Assembly (NCBI GenBank): GCA_016706425.1
Contig: JADJJR010000001.1
Location: 491,133-555,132 of the forward strand
Length of the DNA stretch: 64,000 nucleotides
Source: Elusimicrobiota bacterium
Lineage (GTDB): Bacteria; Elusimicrobiota; Elusimicrobia; FEN-1173
Direction of reading: 5' to 3'
Below are positions 38,701 through 45,400 of the stretch, in pieces. Within the stretch, counting starts at the first letter, position 1; every line of letters starts with the position of its first letter. Below the pieces are notes generated by a model. It was not told where the DNA came from and did no database searches. It saw only the letters and a list, made by a program, of their open reading frames with translations. The position numbers and the translations under genes were made by a program.

Positions 38701-39735
38701 CGCGTGGTATCGACCCACGCTCATCCGGCCCGCCCGCACGTCGAGGCCGCTGGAAACGAGGTCCGCCAAGGCGGGCCTTGGCAGACGGTCCACCAGGGCG
38801 TTGACCAGTCGGCGCCGCTCGACTTCCACCGCCTTGAAATCCAGCGTTCTTTCGAGTCGGGCGATTTTATTCAGCGCCTCGATGTTGGGCGCCTTCGGTA
38901 ACGCGCGCGCCGGAACCGCTCCGTTCAAATACTCCAAATACGCCGTGAGCGACAATCGACCTTCGTCGTGGTCGCGCGTCCGCCGGTGAAACGCCCGCAG
39001 GGCCGGCGAAGCGTGGGCGAGCTCCGCGCGGTCGAGGCGGTCTTGGAATCGCCGGAGACGGTCCCGAAGCGGGGCCGCGTTGGCCCGCGCGGCGCGGAGC
39101 GCGGCCACGTTTTGGTGGTAAAGGTCGTCGTCCTCGGCGCCGATGACGAGAGGGCTTCGGGGCGCGGTGAGCGCCGCGTGTTCCGGGCCGGCGATGAGGC
39201 CCCGCTGAAGGAGAAAATCGGCGATGGTTCCGGTTGTCGCGCTGTCGGGAAAACGCCGCAGGGCTTCGACATCGATGGGGCCCGAAGCCCCTTCGAGCGC
39301 CACGGGGCCCGCGGGATCGGCGTCGGCCAGGCGGCCCACCAAGGCGGCGATGTGCCGTTGGGCGTCCTCAACGCCGTGGGCGTCTTGAATGTGGACGATG
39401 AGCGGCGCTCCGGAACGCGGGGAAATGTGTGCTTCGCGCACCCAGCCGTGTTCGGCCACCAGGGCCGAGAGCCAATCGGACGGCGAAGCCGGTGGGGCGG
39501 CTGGTCGGTCGAAAGCGAGGGGAGCCGCGCCCGGGAGGGCCGCCAGAAGGGGGGAAGGATTCACACTCGGGGCGTGTGTCGATTCTTGTGATCGCAACCG
39601 GCGGGAAATCTCCCGCCGGGAATCCCAAAGAGAGCTTTCTTGGGCGTAGAGGCCCACCCCTTGAACCGCGAAAACAACGGCGGCCAGGGCGAAACGCAAA
39701 ACAGGGGCGGGGCGGGGAATCAAAGTAAAGTTCAT
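29719..39735 (-). CDS. Giant (about 3338 aa) membrane-anchored multidomain protein. Order: signal peptide, conserved N-terminal module, TM cluster, GT2 glycosyltransferase, OpgH-like processive glucan synthase with TM helices, FHA domain, TM, LysM domain, large unknown region, zincin-like HExxH, C-terminal region
   Basis: The ORF is continuous. Its start is taken at ATG 39735 (MNFTLIPRPAPVLRFALAAVVFAVQGVGLYAQE, a signal-like segment with an AGGAA RBS) rather than the track's upstream ATG at 39858. Domain evidence is given in the separate domain entries. Confidence 0.8.
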   Translation of the reverse strand: MNFTLIPRPAPVLRFALAAVVFAVQGVGLYAQESSLWDSRREISRRLRSQESTHAPSVNPSPLLAALPGAAPLAFDRPAAPPASPSDWLSALVAEHGWVREAHISPRSGAPLIVHIQDAHGVEDAQRHIAALVGRLADADPAGPVALEGASGPIDVEALRRFPDSATTGTIADFLLQRGLIAGPEHAALTAPRSPLVIGAEDDDLYHQNVAALRAARANAAPLRDRLRRFQDRLDRAELAHASPALRAFHRRTRDHDEGRLSLTAYLEYLNGAVPARALPKAPNIEALNKIARLERTLDFKAVEVERRRLVNALVDRLPRPALADLVSSGLDVRAGRMSVGRYHARLRSVARAHGVDLRAFAPLSAYIDYVSSADAIDRAALLEEIAVRRNRVQNALARTPRERALVGIARDLALLEKAFAHTLAPTDWRDYTARRDGLLALNARYQGLDPAADATDFTAAELKPFEDFCELALSRNAALSQNLLDAIAARGADRGVLVAGGFHTDGLMALWRRQQVSYVVVAPAMREIPADNPYLDLLAQDPLPIEKLVSGERVYLSRPIALAGPGVVQRFYLALQHLMQTGRTTVAEPGVTVSRDPLRGGVSFRIGTNDLHARFNDAAETWAARWRNNFDPGPNTVGGMMFWLPRLWNASTPKALHVTAARYRGLSVPTEAGLAGLIAAGIGAAVGLPGDFDLFVRLSLAAYAVLHLGDFLTRDRRRAKGNAALAAGLVAVAGLLLGLPADGTAVVGLTPAQVAYLVFLGLHATVNLLVIRFPRAGRPTPPTPRPARPVGTVPRAAILILTHNDTGDTVRAIERMAAWPAGKTPWELIVVDNASTDAPAETLARAVAQVPRSTLIVNDRNTGAAEGRNVGLRRLLERAPADRPDYVFLVDSDVRLTASSLEDMVVAAESDSPDRVAWAPPLHFENRPDRVWRNWYHNVWRWPGQWASDRGNGVPTGEKAAVDGVATAAVLVRLEAFSKHGLFKSGYFFGNEDRDWFSRVRQGGDQIAMAPVREKILHNVHQSLDGDLYGNFSPARTYYIVRSMVLIFTYNSPLASKPLLRLVETTLTILRVLRVAVRTRNPRVLTAAWAGFVDGLRGRDGEGRGADFRNQPMEPGRRTAPALPATRRYLGEVLVLATALTGLFALTLDWSASSTPIAALYLAITFVLNGGVADLILLTLRSAFPVKGAAVLRRSNFSDGVPDGARTALTYMLRSTHRESSAEAVDNMTRSYLDNLDPRGNVIAVLVSASAPRGIVTHELDSIENAREQIRRILSEEAGARRAGRAVPGPRDDFWLFHETRWEAAGLTGGARDAAVLDLIERTAQGLKYLHRASTVLKKPGQYLDFMALATRGQERPINYLDRGDRSAEKPTFGARGNIEPPPGPNDPEIDALDQRMAADIAGLREGRSSFGENPRPVVFSILMDADNRAPPGTIRRLVEIGAANPDRGFIQPGLLPARLETWTQFRSTLTHRWMSRIPETQFQLLGRGGAYGKGLARNETFLDQFVGTPASPREVLPPALLSHDTIEALFLNPAYTGDVAFYEDTPANPISRQEQALRWTVGDLLNAAYLSPGIFGRLFDLFARGTARTAGQKAPWSWSWSKEVVPFSFEALYIAHYSTRIFVQAPLFIVWTSMTMLSAFPGSPIVHSNPVLMWASFLIVGVGLVLLPKLYQPARSAIDALRALWAGDRSTAARAGTNAARDLLIGGMEIVTSPFMYFPEIVFGPLRAFRATARILGNRLTWKVQSEAERASRGLTLADAFRSTGIVALAATAWIVAFWAYNISFTPLVIFLLVTWLAAPVTTWFGARPLPAALRGSAFFRWLMEGVEETRWNPFAGSPSPDGARPPVGPSFEPTVLAPSPNALFQDRRAPANPGLETPRPPTVPAQDHLTAALLDLAREPLSPEALKPGVVRLRNAFKTTADPTLYETRVVEAWGHATQTVRLLRNSERRVSRLPISDLPVPVVAGPTFVLDIDPTNGALFLLAPNGARRDAPTGGDGQRPLVMGRGVMERRLGLAPAMLGGVSRLHFEVVRDGNDIIIHDFSTNGTLTPARRDFAETREATVFDPLPTRRGSLWGVALGALLLTALFLAPVDVAGAATLIPLEGGGLKALVEQGDSLWRILQFAEGGNNAELVARVMDVARLNGLVDPNLIFPGQEIFLRAAIEGAPAAVETAAAGAAVPLVPSVGSLAVAPVSETGGLAAATFRLTNPILMAVTGLGLAGAIVARWARQKPRPPSDTTFLDSQIHWESVADFGDSPATPPAGPPAPHQIGSPLPWALTAVVAARWARRALPHAFNALWRAPIRGALGLGTFLGNGIHWLFDTPHRLKTRYEKHRAGYEDPSTFFAHTRTGFGDPAGPSPAVEPTRMSRFAATLYGWINRRPPAVPAGGREALAIAPDLTLGALEAMPDATPAPLGSLSSMDRALNGQSGRLAEKWQEEGLFDVPPSLMTYGDGENVLIEIPFPRAAVRAIRLRLAARRWLGVPLGKDLGYALTFLNNEGWLRLPGEARGANTPDRFPVRLAALLRDKITGGVMHDPSAEKLLVNIPAWAAWPFFFKMWWRGTREGYPRGVGLSPREEQAFFGGETLRFPSGEPLVTQVEVAWGIGESLRSENIHLGSLDAVADYVLLHFAPAELAGLADRPDRSPEESRAELIAKLREEIREKVTAAHASAAARALSLGAPAAVGLEMSLALSWKMAGTDAGPETRARLVPQIVSVRMALSETIARAPRRVPTAEATIPPAIPPAGAVLAGMRRWSRAARNVIENMPRLGGPLARAVAPLMLAAALFVLPLLVVAQGTPPPAWSLNEALVTQKIAPALKKELARSLPAGTDLAALLRNANDATSASVLASTIEHLGRFEKGRFRHVLEKTRPHIVVAPKGPEAAAAAELRNGRSVIYIGGADAQPAYVFVALVHELSHLERSERLRSKKITPTQDEGMALEDTARAMEFYAGLSVVRIAYDQNQINAQRWMAHRFLDGSITAAPHVLSPKEVDLLTAPLRAAVRLAEQRRYPGVVYLSSKNLGGGRYEVRFRVPYSGAEIVVDVKPQRVSEAPGTPATALAMLGGVVFLRRGTGRLTDDSAARAALLRSLLLGEAGPVRFDVPPAVFKNGDNYWGATGLEDLRRRVVGASDDQLEEGFVPTVRLLAADAPTARAILDGRVTAAALEGSALRETGAAAAREAERRNETTLHVNLLGFDSWEAEERDRTRRYLSGLVGALQPGTTLVVPADRPGPLGDLWTEAARRGARVRFVTPGEAPGLADGAGRLVLTALVDWIDRWNAAGAENPIGRGSRVIARNDEAVVPLEGFVIIGVARLSAAIAREIENLRTLLTQA
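30800..31200 (-). other. Zincin-like HExxH motif region (DUF4157-like) near the C-terminal third
   Basis: AQPAYVFVALVHELSHLERSE (about 30961-31020) is an HExxH motif with a downstream Glu. This is motif-level evidence only. Confidence 0.35.
33270..33420 (-). other. LysM (peptidoglycan/glycan-binding) domain
   Basis: GLKALVEQGDSLWRILQFAEGGNNAELVARVMDVARLNGLVDPNLIFPGQEIFL matches the LysM consensus (..V..GDTL..IA.......l..lN.l..p.l..GQ.l.iP). A predicted TM helix precedes it. Confidence 0.65.
33560..33850 (-). other. FHA (forkhead-associated, phosphothreonine-binding) domain
   Basis: PLVMGRGVMERRLGLAPAMLGGVSRLHFEVVRDGNDIIIHDFSTNGTLTP shows the GR...D..L....VSR.H..I.......i.D.gStNGT pattern. 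Confidence 0.7.
34100..36400 (-). other. OpgH/MdoH-like processive beta-glucan synthase region (GT2 with QxxRW) flanked by TM helices
   Basis: The motifs read ...ILMDADNRAPPGTIRRLVEIGAANPDRGFIQPGL..., LLSHDTIEAL (about 35150-35176, compare OpgH LSHDfvEA) and QEQALRWTVGDL (about 35041-35075, compare RDRRWCQGNL). Multiple hydrophobic helices lie on either side. Confidence 0.7.
36650..37350 (-). other. GT2 (GT-A fold) glycosyltransferase domain of the giant protein
   Basis: AAILILTHND...WELIVVDNASTDAP...NDRNTGAAEGRNVGL...DYVFLVDSDVRL: DNASTD at about 37221-37240, a DxD-like motif and a nucleotide-sugar binding pattern. Confidence 0.75.
38150..39450 (-). other. Conserved N-terminal module shared with the plus-strand giant protein (unknown function)
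   Basis: Colinear with the plus-strand gene: ..HIQDAHG.E.AQRH...LV..L......V.LEGA.G..., APRSP, LDFK.VE.ER..L..ALV, GRY.A.L, L.AYI.Y, L.P.EW..Y, L.PFE.FC..AL.RN.AL..NLL, GVLV.GGFHT.GL, VV.AP. Confidence 0.6.
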
Positions 39736-39857
39736 TCCTAATAGCTTAATGACCCTAGGCGAATGTCGCATTAAGTGGATGTAAATTGCTTGTAACAGTG
39801 AGCCGGCGGGGAAATCGGAAAAATTTCGTGTATGATTCCCTGGAAAGGAGGAAATCA

Positions 39858-40229
39858 ATGCTTTGGCGATTGGCGGCCGATGGGGTCGCCCTCATTCACG
39901 GTTTGTGGGTGCTGGCGGTGGTCCTGGGACCCTTTTGGGCTTTGCGGCGACCGGTGGGTCGGACCTGGGTGGTGACTCTCTTGCTCGCGACGGCTTTTTT
40001 TTGGGCGTTTTATTGCCCTCTGACCGTCCTTGAAAATTTCCTCCGTTCAAATTACGATCCCGCCGGGGTGTACACCGAGGGTTTCCTGGCCCGTTACGTG
40101 CGGCCCTGCGCCGACGCCCGCCGCTGCGGTCCCGCCCTGGCGTGGGGGGTTCGTTTGTGGGCGGGCCTGTGGGTGGTCGTGTACGCTTTTTTGTGGGGGC
40201 GGGAACGCCGCCGAGCGTTGCGGAATTAA
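39858..40229 (+). CDS. DUF2784-like small membrane protein, divergent from the giant minus-strand gene
   Basis: A strong RBS GGAAAGGAGGAAATCAATG precedes it. 123 aa from MLWRLAADGVALIHGLWVLAVVLGPFW... with 3-4 TM helices. Confidence 0.55.
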   Translation: MLWRLAADGVALIHGLWVLAVVLGPFWALRRPVGRTWVVTLLLATAFFWAFYCPLTVLENFLRSNYDPAGVYTEGFLARYVRPCADARRCGPALAWGVRLWAGLWVVVYAFLWGRERRRALRN

Positions 40230-40768
40230 TTCGCCGTTTTCGGTTGTTGGACTTTGGCCTTCCGGGGGACCCCCGCGTTCACCCGGTCCAACACCTTTTG
40301 CCGGTGGGTGGGCACAAGCCATTCGAGGATCAGCCAAATCTCCCTTTTGTCGGTGGATTGAAGCACCAGGGCGGCGTTGCTTTGGTCGGGGGCCCGGTCG
40401 TCGAAACGGACCGAGGCCACCTCCGACCAGGCCATTTTGGCCGGCCCGTTCAAGCTTTGAATCGCAAGGCCGTCCTTGGTAAAACGCCACTCGATCACCG
40501 GCCGGGCGGGTCGAGCGAATAACAATCCCACCCCGCAAAGGATGGACAGCGTCGGGGCCAAAAACCCCAGGGCGCGCGCGCTCAATCCCCAATGCAAATG
40601 ACGGACCGTCCAAGGCGCCACCCGCGCGCGGAAGAAAAACGCCAAAGGCATCAACACCAACCCGACCATGGCCAGCACCGTGAAAAACAACGGCAGGGTG
40701 GGGCTCATCCAAATCAGGGTCAAATCCGCCCCTTTTTCCATCAAAGTGTAACCGGTGGAAAGCGTCAT
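40226..40768 (-). CDS. Membrane protein with two N-terminal TM helices and a PH-like (bPH/YdbS-like) soluble domain
   Basis: 180 aa. TM segments LPLFFTVLAMVGLVLMPLAFFF and ALGFLAPTLSILCGVGLLF are followed by the beta-rich ...VIEWRFTKDGLAIQSLNG...SVRFDD.... The stop overlaps DUF2784 (TTAA). Confidence 0.45.
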   Translation of the reverse strand: MTLSTGYTLMEKGADLTLIWMSPTLPLFFTVLAMVGLVLMPLAFFFRARVAPWTVRHLHWGLSARALGFLAPTLSILCGVGLLFARPARPVIEWRFTKDGLAIQSLNGPAKMAWSEVASVRFDDRAPDQSNAALVLQSTDKREIWLILEWLVPTHRQKVLDRVNAGVPRKAKVQQPKTAN

Positions 40769-40795
40769 GGGTCTCCTATCCTAGCATAGCCGCCG

Positions 40796-42406
40796 TCAAA
40801 ACACGTGCCCGGTGGCGAACGTGAAAACCGGGGAACGGTTTCCGTCGTCGTGCGCCCGCGTTGGCCAGGCCAAATCGAACCGCAGGACGTTGCCCAGGCT
40901 CGCCCGGGACAGGTGAAGGCGGAGCCCCACGCCGTAATCGCCCCGCAGATCGGCGGCTTTGACGGGCTCGCCCCGGGCCCAGGCGTATCCCACGTCGGCG
41001 AAGGCCGCCGCGCCCAGACCGAAGAAGTTCAAAATGTCGTCGACAATGAAAATCCGGTTTTCCAGGTTGGCGACAAACAGGCGGTTGCCCTCGAACGCGC
41101 TCACGGGGTAACCGCGCAGGCCCCGGTCCCCGCCCAGAAGAAGTTGGGTGTCCACCGAGGGGTTCAGCACGTTCTCCCAGGCCGCGTGGGCCGCCCAGGT
41201 CGTCCATTTTTTCGCGTGATTGTAATATTCGAGGTCCCACCGCTGTTGGGCGTTTTCCCACCCGTTTTCGTAGCGGCCGCGCCCGGCGACGGTCAGCAAC
41301 GCGAACGCGTGGCGGGACCGGGCGATCCCCCGGCTCCAGACGCCTTCAACGGAGGTCGCGTTGCGGGATCCCGTGACCCATCGTTGGCTTGAGAAGCCCG
41401 CGCGCAGGTCCAGCGTGGGGCCCATGTTGTAGTCCTCCTCGCGGCTGAACAATCGGATGTGGTCGGTCGTGATGAACCGGTTGCGGCTCCATTCCAGGGT
41501 CGGGCCGAAATAATGGTAGACCCGGTCGGTCTCCAGGCCGGGGACGGGGACCGGGGTTTCCAGCCGTTCGTGTTCGTACCGGTAGGCCACGCCCAGGCGG
41601 CGGATCCGACGGGGGGTGGACCAGAGGGACACGCCCACGCCGCCGCCCAAGGACCGGTCCTCGTTGGTGAACCGGGCGACTTCGTCCCCGTCGGCGTAGA
41701 GGAGGGTGTCTTTTTTATTGTAGTCGCCGGAACCCTTGAAAGCGAAAGGGGTCAAGCTGGAAAAGAAGGGCCGCTCCAGTTTGAGCGCCCGCGCGGAGCC
41801 CTCGTCGGTGTCCTCGTAGACCCCGGCCAGGCGCAGGCGCGTGCCGAACAAGCCGGGGTCGTCGTAGGAAAGCCCGCGGCTGATGTTGTCGAGGTCTTTT
41901 TTGTACGACACGTTGATCTGCTTGCCGAGCCCGAAGAGGTTGCGTTCGCGCACCCCGAACCGGTACTTGGTTTCCCCGCCCGTGCTCGAGACCGAGGCGT
42001 AGGGTTCCGTGGTCCAGGTGTCCTGGGTTTCCACCACCACATCCACCCGCCGGTTGCCGACCGGCATCGGGCGGACGTGCACGTCGCGCAAGCGGAGGAT
42101 CCGCCGCAACGCGCGTTCGGTCTCCTCCGCGAGATCCGGGTCGTAAGGGTCGCCCGGTTTGAAAAGCAATTGATTGCGAATGGTGTTGTCCCGGGTGGAA
42201 AAATGCAGATGGTTGACGAACCGGTACAAACGCTTGTTTTCCGAGGGGACGCTCGTGTCGAAAATGGCCCGCCGCAAAATATAGACCCGGGCGATGCGGT
42301 GGCCCCGGAAGGACGGGGGCGCGGCGGTCGCGGCGGGGGGGAAAGCCAGCGCCAGGCCCAAAAGAGAGGCCAGAGCGGGGCGGGGGAGGGCCCAACGGGG
42401 TTTCAT
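40796..42406 (-). CDS. Short Omp85-family outer-membrane protein (bacterial surface antigen D15 beta-barrel; TamA/TpsB-like size with 1-2 POTRA)
   Basis: 536 aa with the signal peptide MKPRWALPRPALASLLGLALAFPPAATAA and a POTRA-like N-terminal region. A long beta-barrel follows, with alternating strands, G-rich turns and the terminal ...FATGHVF (C-terminal F). Confidence 0.7.
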   Translation of the reverse strand: MKPRWALPRPALASLLGLALAFPPAATAAPPSFRGHRIARVYILRRAIFDTSVPSENKRLYRFVNHLHFSTRDNTIRNQLLFKPGDPYDPDLAEETERALRRILRLRDVHVRPMPVGNRRVDVVVETQDTWTTEPYASVSSTGGETKYRFGVRERNLFGLGKQINVSYKKDLDNISRGLSYDDPGLFGTRLRLAGVYEDTDEGSARALKLERPFFSSLTPFAFKGSGDYNKKDTLLYADGDEVARFTNEDRSLGGGVGVSLWSTPRRIRRLGVAYRYEHERLETPVPVPGLETDRVYHYFGPTLEWSRNRFITTDHIRLFSREEDYNMGPTLDLRAGFSSQRWVTGSRNATSVEGVWSRGIARSRHAFALLTVAGRGRYENGWENAQQRWDLEYYNHAKKWTTWAAHAAWENVLNPSVDTQLLLGGDRGLRGYPVSAFEGNRLFVANLENRIFIVDDILNFFGLGAAAFADVGYAWARGEPVKAADLRGDYGVGLRLHLSRASLGNVLRFDLAWPTRAHDDGNRSPVFTFATGHVF

Positions 42407-42503
42407 GGCCTTTCAGTATAATGGATTTGGTCGCCTCGGCGAGGGGTTTTCCGGGGCCGACGCATCTGTTAAAATGCCCCATTCGCTTTTAAAGGAGCCG
42501 CGC

Positions 42504-43241
42504 ATGTCGGGCCACAGCCGTTGGGCAGGGATCAAGCACAAAAAAGGCGCCGCGGACGCTAAACGAGGGAAGGTGTTCACGCGCATCGTCCGCGAATTGA
42601 CCATCGCCGCCAAAACGGGGGGCGGTTTACCGGAAAACAACCCCCGCCTGCGCAAGGCGATCGAGGACGCCAAGGCGGCGAATATGCCGTCGGACAACGT
42701 CAAAAAGGCCATTCAACGCGGCACCGGGGAAATCCCCGGCGTGGTGTTCGAAGAGGTCTCCTACGAAGGCTACGGCCCCGGCGGGGCCGCCGTCCTGGTG
42801 ACGGGCACGACCGACAACAAAAACCGGACCACCTCGGAGTTCCGCAAAATGTTTTCCACCCACGGGGGCAATCTCGGGGAATCGGGTTGCGTGGGCTGGA
42901 TGTTTCAGGCCAAGGGCCAGATCGTGGTGGAAAAAAGCGCTTGGAAGGACGAGGACAAATTGATGACCGTGGCCCTGGACGCCGGCGCCGAGGACATGAA
43001 GTCCGACGACCCCGAAGTCTACGAAGTGCTGTCGGCGCCCGCCGATTTTGAAAAAGTCCGGTCCGCCGTGGCCGCCGCCGGGATCCCGACCGCGGTCGCC
43101 GCGGTCACGTTGGTGCCCTCCACGCGGGTGGCGTTGGCGGGCGCCGACGGCGGCAAGATGGCGCAACTGCTGGAGGATTTGGAAAACCACGACGACGTCA
43201 AGGACGTTTACGCCAACGCCGATGTCGAGGACCGGGACTGA
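42504..43241 (+). CDS. yebC: YebC/PmpR-family transcriptional regulator
   Basis: [49 protein letters not shown] is the universal YebC N-terminus. 245 aa, upstream of ruvC as in many bacteria. The track ORF 42294.. is over-extended. Confidence 0.9.
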   Translation: [245 protein letters not shown]

Positions 43242-43257
43242 GCCGCCGGCCGACGGC

Positions 43258-43740
43258 ATGAAAGTTCTCGGCATCGACCCCGGCATGGCCACCACCGGCT
43301 GGGCCGTGGTCGAGCGGGCCGGGGACGGCTACCGCGCTCACGGGTACGGCGCCATCGTCACCGGCCCCCGGACCCCCTGGCCCCAGCGCCTTCAGGAAAT
43401 CGCCCGGGCCCTGCGCGACGTGGTCGCTCGGGAAGCCCCCGCCGTGGCCGCCATCGAAGATTTGTTCATCGCCAAGGACAGCCGCACCGCCAGCTCCGTG
43501 GGCCACGGGCGCGGCGTCCTCTTGTACACCCTGGCCGAACTGGGTCTGCCCATCCACGAATACAACCCCCGCCAGGTGAAGGTCGCCTTGACCGGCTACG
43601 GCGCGGCCGACAAATCCCAAATGCAAAACATGGTGCAAAGGCTGCTGCGCCTGCCCGCCCCGCCCAAACCCGACGACGCGGCCGACGCCTTGGCCATCGC
43701 TCTCTGCCACTTGAACACGGCGGCGGTGCTCGTTCGATGA
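43258..43740 (+). CDS. ruvC: Crossover junction endodeoxyribonuclease RuvC
   Basis: MKVLGIDPGMATTGWAVVE...LVAAIEDLFIAKDSRTASSVGHGRGV...DAADALAIALCH matches the RuvC catalytic D/E/D/D pattern. 160 aa. Confidence 0.9.
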   Translation: MKVLGIDPGMATTGWAVVERAGDGYRAHGYGAIVTGPRTPWPQRLQEIARALRDVVAREAPAVAAIEDLFIAKDSRTASSVGHGRGVLLYTLAELGLPIHEYNPRQVKVALTGYGAADKSQMQNMVQRLLRLPAPPKPDDAADALAIALCHLNTAAVLVR

Positions 43741-44348
43741 TCGCCCGACTGCGGGGCGCCGTGGTGGAACGCCGCGACGGGGGGGTCGTGCTGGACGTCG
43801 CCGGCGTGGGGTACGAGGTCGCGCTCGGCGCCTCGGCCGTCGCGCGGCTGCCCCCCGACGGGCAGGAGGTCCGGCTTTTTGTCGTGGAGTCCACCGCCAT
43901 GTACGGCGGGGGCACCACCCTCTACGGTTTCCTGTCCGAGGACGAGCGCCGCCTCTTCGACGTTTTTCGGGACCACATCCCCAACACCGGCGCCAAAAAA
44001 GCCCTGGAACTGCTCGACAAAGCCGTCAAATCCCTGCCCGATTTTCACCGCGCGGTGTCCACCAAGACCCCCGCCGCGCTCGTGGGCCTGTTCGGCTTCA
44101 CGGCCAAAACGGCCGAAAAATTGGTGGTCGCCCTGCAGGGCAAGCTGGACGCCGCCCTCCCCGCCGCGCCGGGCGCCCCGCTCCTCGACAGCGCTTTTGA
44201 GGAAGCCGTCGCCGGCCTGGTCGCGCTCGGCTACCGCGAACCCAGCGCCCGCGCCGCCGCCGAGGCGGCCCGCGCCGCCCGGGGCACCGAGGGATCCCCG
44301 CAGGACTTGATTCGCGACGCCCTCGGTCGGCTGGTGGGTCGGTCGTGA
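43737..44348 (+). CDS. ruvA: Holliday junction DNA helicase RuvA
   Basis: MIARLRG.VVE...[12 protein letters not shown]...LFV.E.....[18 protein letters not shown], then [11 protein letters not shown]-type HhH motifs. 203 aa. Confidence 0.9.
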   Translation: MIARLRGAVVERRDGGVVLDVAGVGYEVALGASAVARLPPDGQEVRLFVVESTAMYGGGTTLYGFLSEDERRLFDVFRDHIPNTGAKKALELLDKAVKSLPDFHRAVSTKTPAALVGLFGFTAKTAEKLVVALQGKLDAALPAAPGAPLLDSAFEEAVAGLVALGYREPSARAAAEAARAARGTEGSPQDLIRDALGRLVGRS

Positions 44349-45400
44349 CGGAGGCGATCCGGCCCGTCGGGCCCGAGCTCCTCGGCGGCGAGGAACCGGT
44401 GGACACGGCCCTCCGCCCGAAACGCCTCGCGGATTTCGTGGGCCAGGACAAACTCAAGAAAAATCTCTCCGTGTTCATCCAGGCGGCCCGTCAGCGGAAC
44501 GAACCCCTGGACCATTGCCTTTTTTCCGCGCCGCCGGGCCTGGGGAAGACCACCCTGGCCCACATCATCGCCCAGGAAATGGGCGTCGGGCTTCGGCAAA
44601 CCTCCGGGCCAGTGCTCGAGCGCGTCGGCGATCTGGCCGCGATTTTGACGGGCCTCAAAGAGGGGGACGTTTTTTTCATCGACGAGATCCACCGCCTGAA
44701 CCACGCGGTCGAGGAGGCCCTCTACCCCGCCATGGAGGATTTTGCCCTCGACATCATCATCGGGCAGGGGCCCTCGGCCAAGACGATCAAACTGCCCCTG
44801 CCGCGGTTCACCCTCGTGGGGGCCACCACCCGGGCCGGGCTTTTGACCGGCCCCCTGCGGGACCGGTTCGGCATCGTGGCGCACCTGGATTTTTATGACG
44901 AGGCGGACCTCGGCGTCATCGTCGAGCGGTCGAGCGCGCTTCTGAACGCGCCCATCGACGGCGAGGCCGCCCGGGAAATCGCCCACCGCGCCCGGGGCAC
45001 GCCCCGCGTCGCCAACCGCCTGCTTCGCCGGGTCCGGGATTTCGCGACCGTTGAAACCGGCGGTCGGATCGTGCCGGCCGTGGCCCGCCAGGCGCTCGAC
45101 GCCCTGGAGGTGGACCGCGTGGGGCTTGACGCCATCGATCGGAAAATCCTTTCGACCCTGATCACGAAATTCGCGGGCGGGCCCGTGGGGGCGGACACCC
45201 TCTCCGTCGCCGTCAGCGAGCAGCGGGACACCCTGGAGGACGTGTACGAGCCGTTTTTAATCAAGGCGGGGTTCCTGCTGCGCACCCCCCGCGGTCGAGT
45301 GGCCACCCCCGCGGCCTGCGCCCACCTGGGCCTCAAGCCTCCGCCCTCCGTCCAGGGCGCTCTTTTTCCCTCCGCCGAGCCCGAAACCCCCACGGCGTGA
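44345..45400 (+). CDS. ruvB: Holliday junction branch-migration ATPase RuvB
   Basis: [18 protein letters not shown]...[26 protein letters not shown] (Walker A) and [11 protein letters not shown] (Walker B) are present. 351 aa. The GTG start overlaps the ruvA stop. Confidence 0.92.
   Translation: MTEAIRPVGPELLGGEEPVDTALRPKRLADFVGQDKLKKNLSVFIQAARQRNEPLDHCLFSAPPGLGKTTLAHIIAQEMGVGLRQTSGPVLERVGDLAAILTGLKEGDVFFIDEIHRLNHAVEEALYPAMEDFALDIIIGQGPSAKTIKLPLPRFTLVGATTRAGLLTGPLRDRFGIVAHLDFYDEADLGVIVERSSALLNAPIDGEAAREIAHRARGTPRVANRLLRRVRDFATVETGGRIVPAVARQALDALEVDRVGLDAIDRKILSTLITKFAGGPVGADTLSVAVSEQRDTLEDVYEPFLIKAGFLLRTPRGRVATPAACAHLGLKPPPSVQGALFPSAEPETPTA

Noticed and set aside
39736-39858. The upstream ATG at 39858 as the start of the giant minus-strand gene (adds 41 aa, MISSFPGNHTRNFSDF...)
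   Set aside because: The internal Met at 39735 is followed by a signal-peptide-like segment and has an AGGAA RBS. The extension would run through the divergent promoter region and overlap the DUF2784 start.
40796-42406. Interpreting the Omp85-family gene as the essential BamA
   Set aside because: At 536 aa it is much shorter than canonical 5-POTRA BamA (about 800 aa) and fits a TamA/TpsB or short Omp85 better. It is kept as a generic Omp85-family call.
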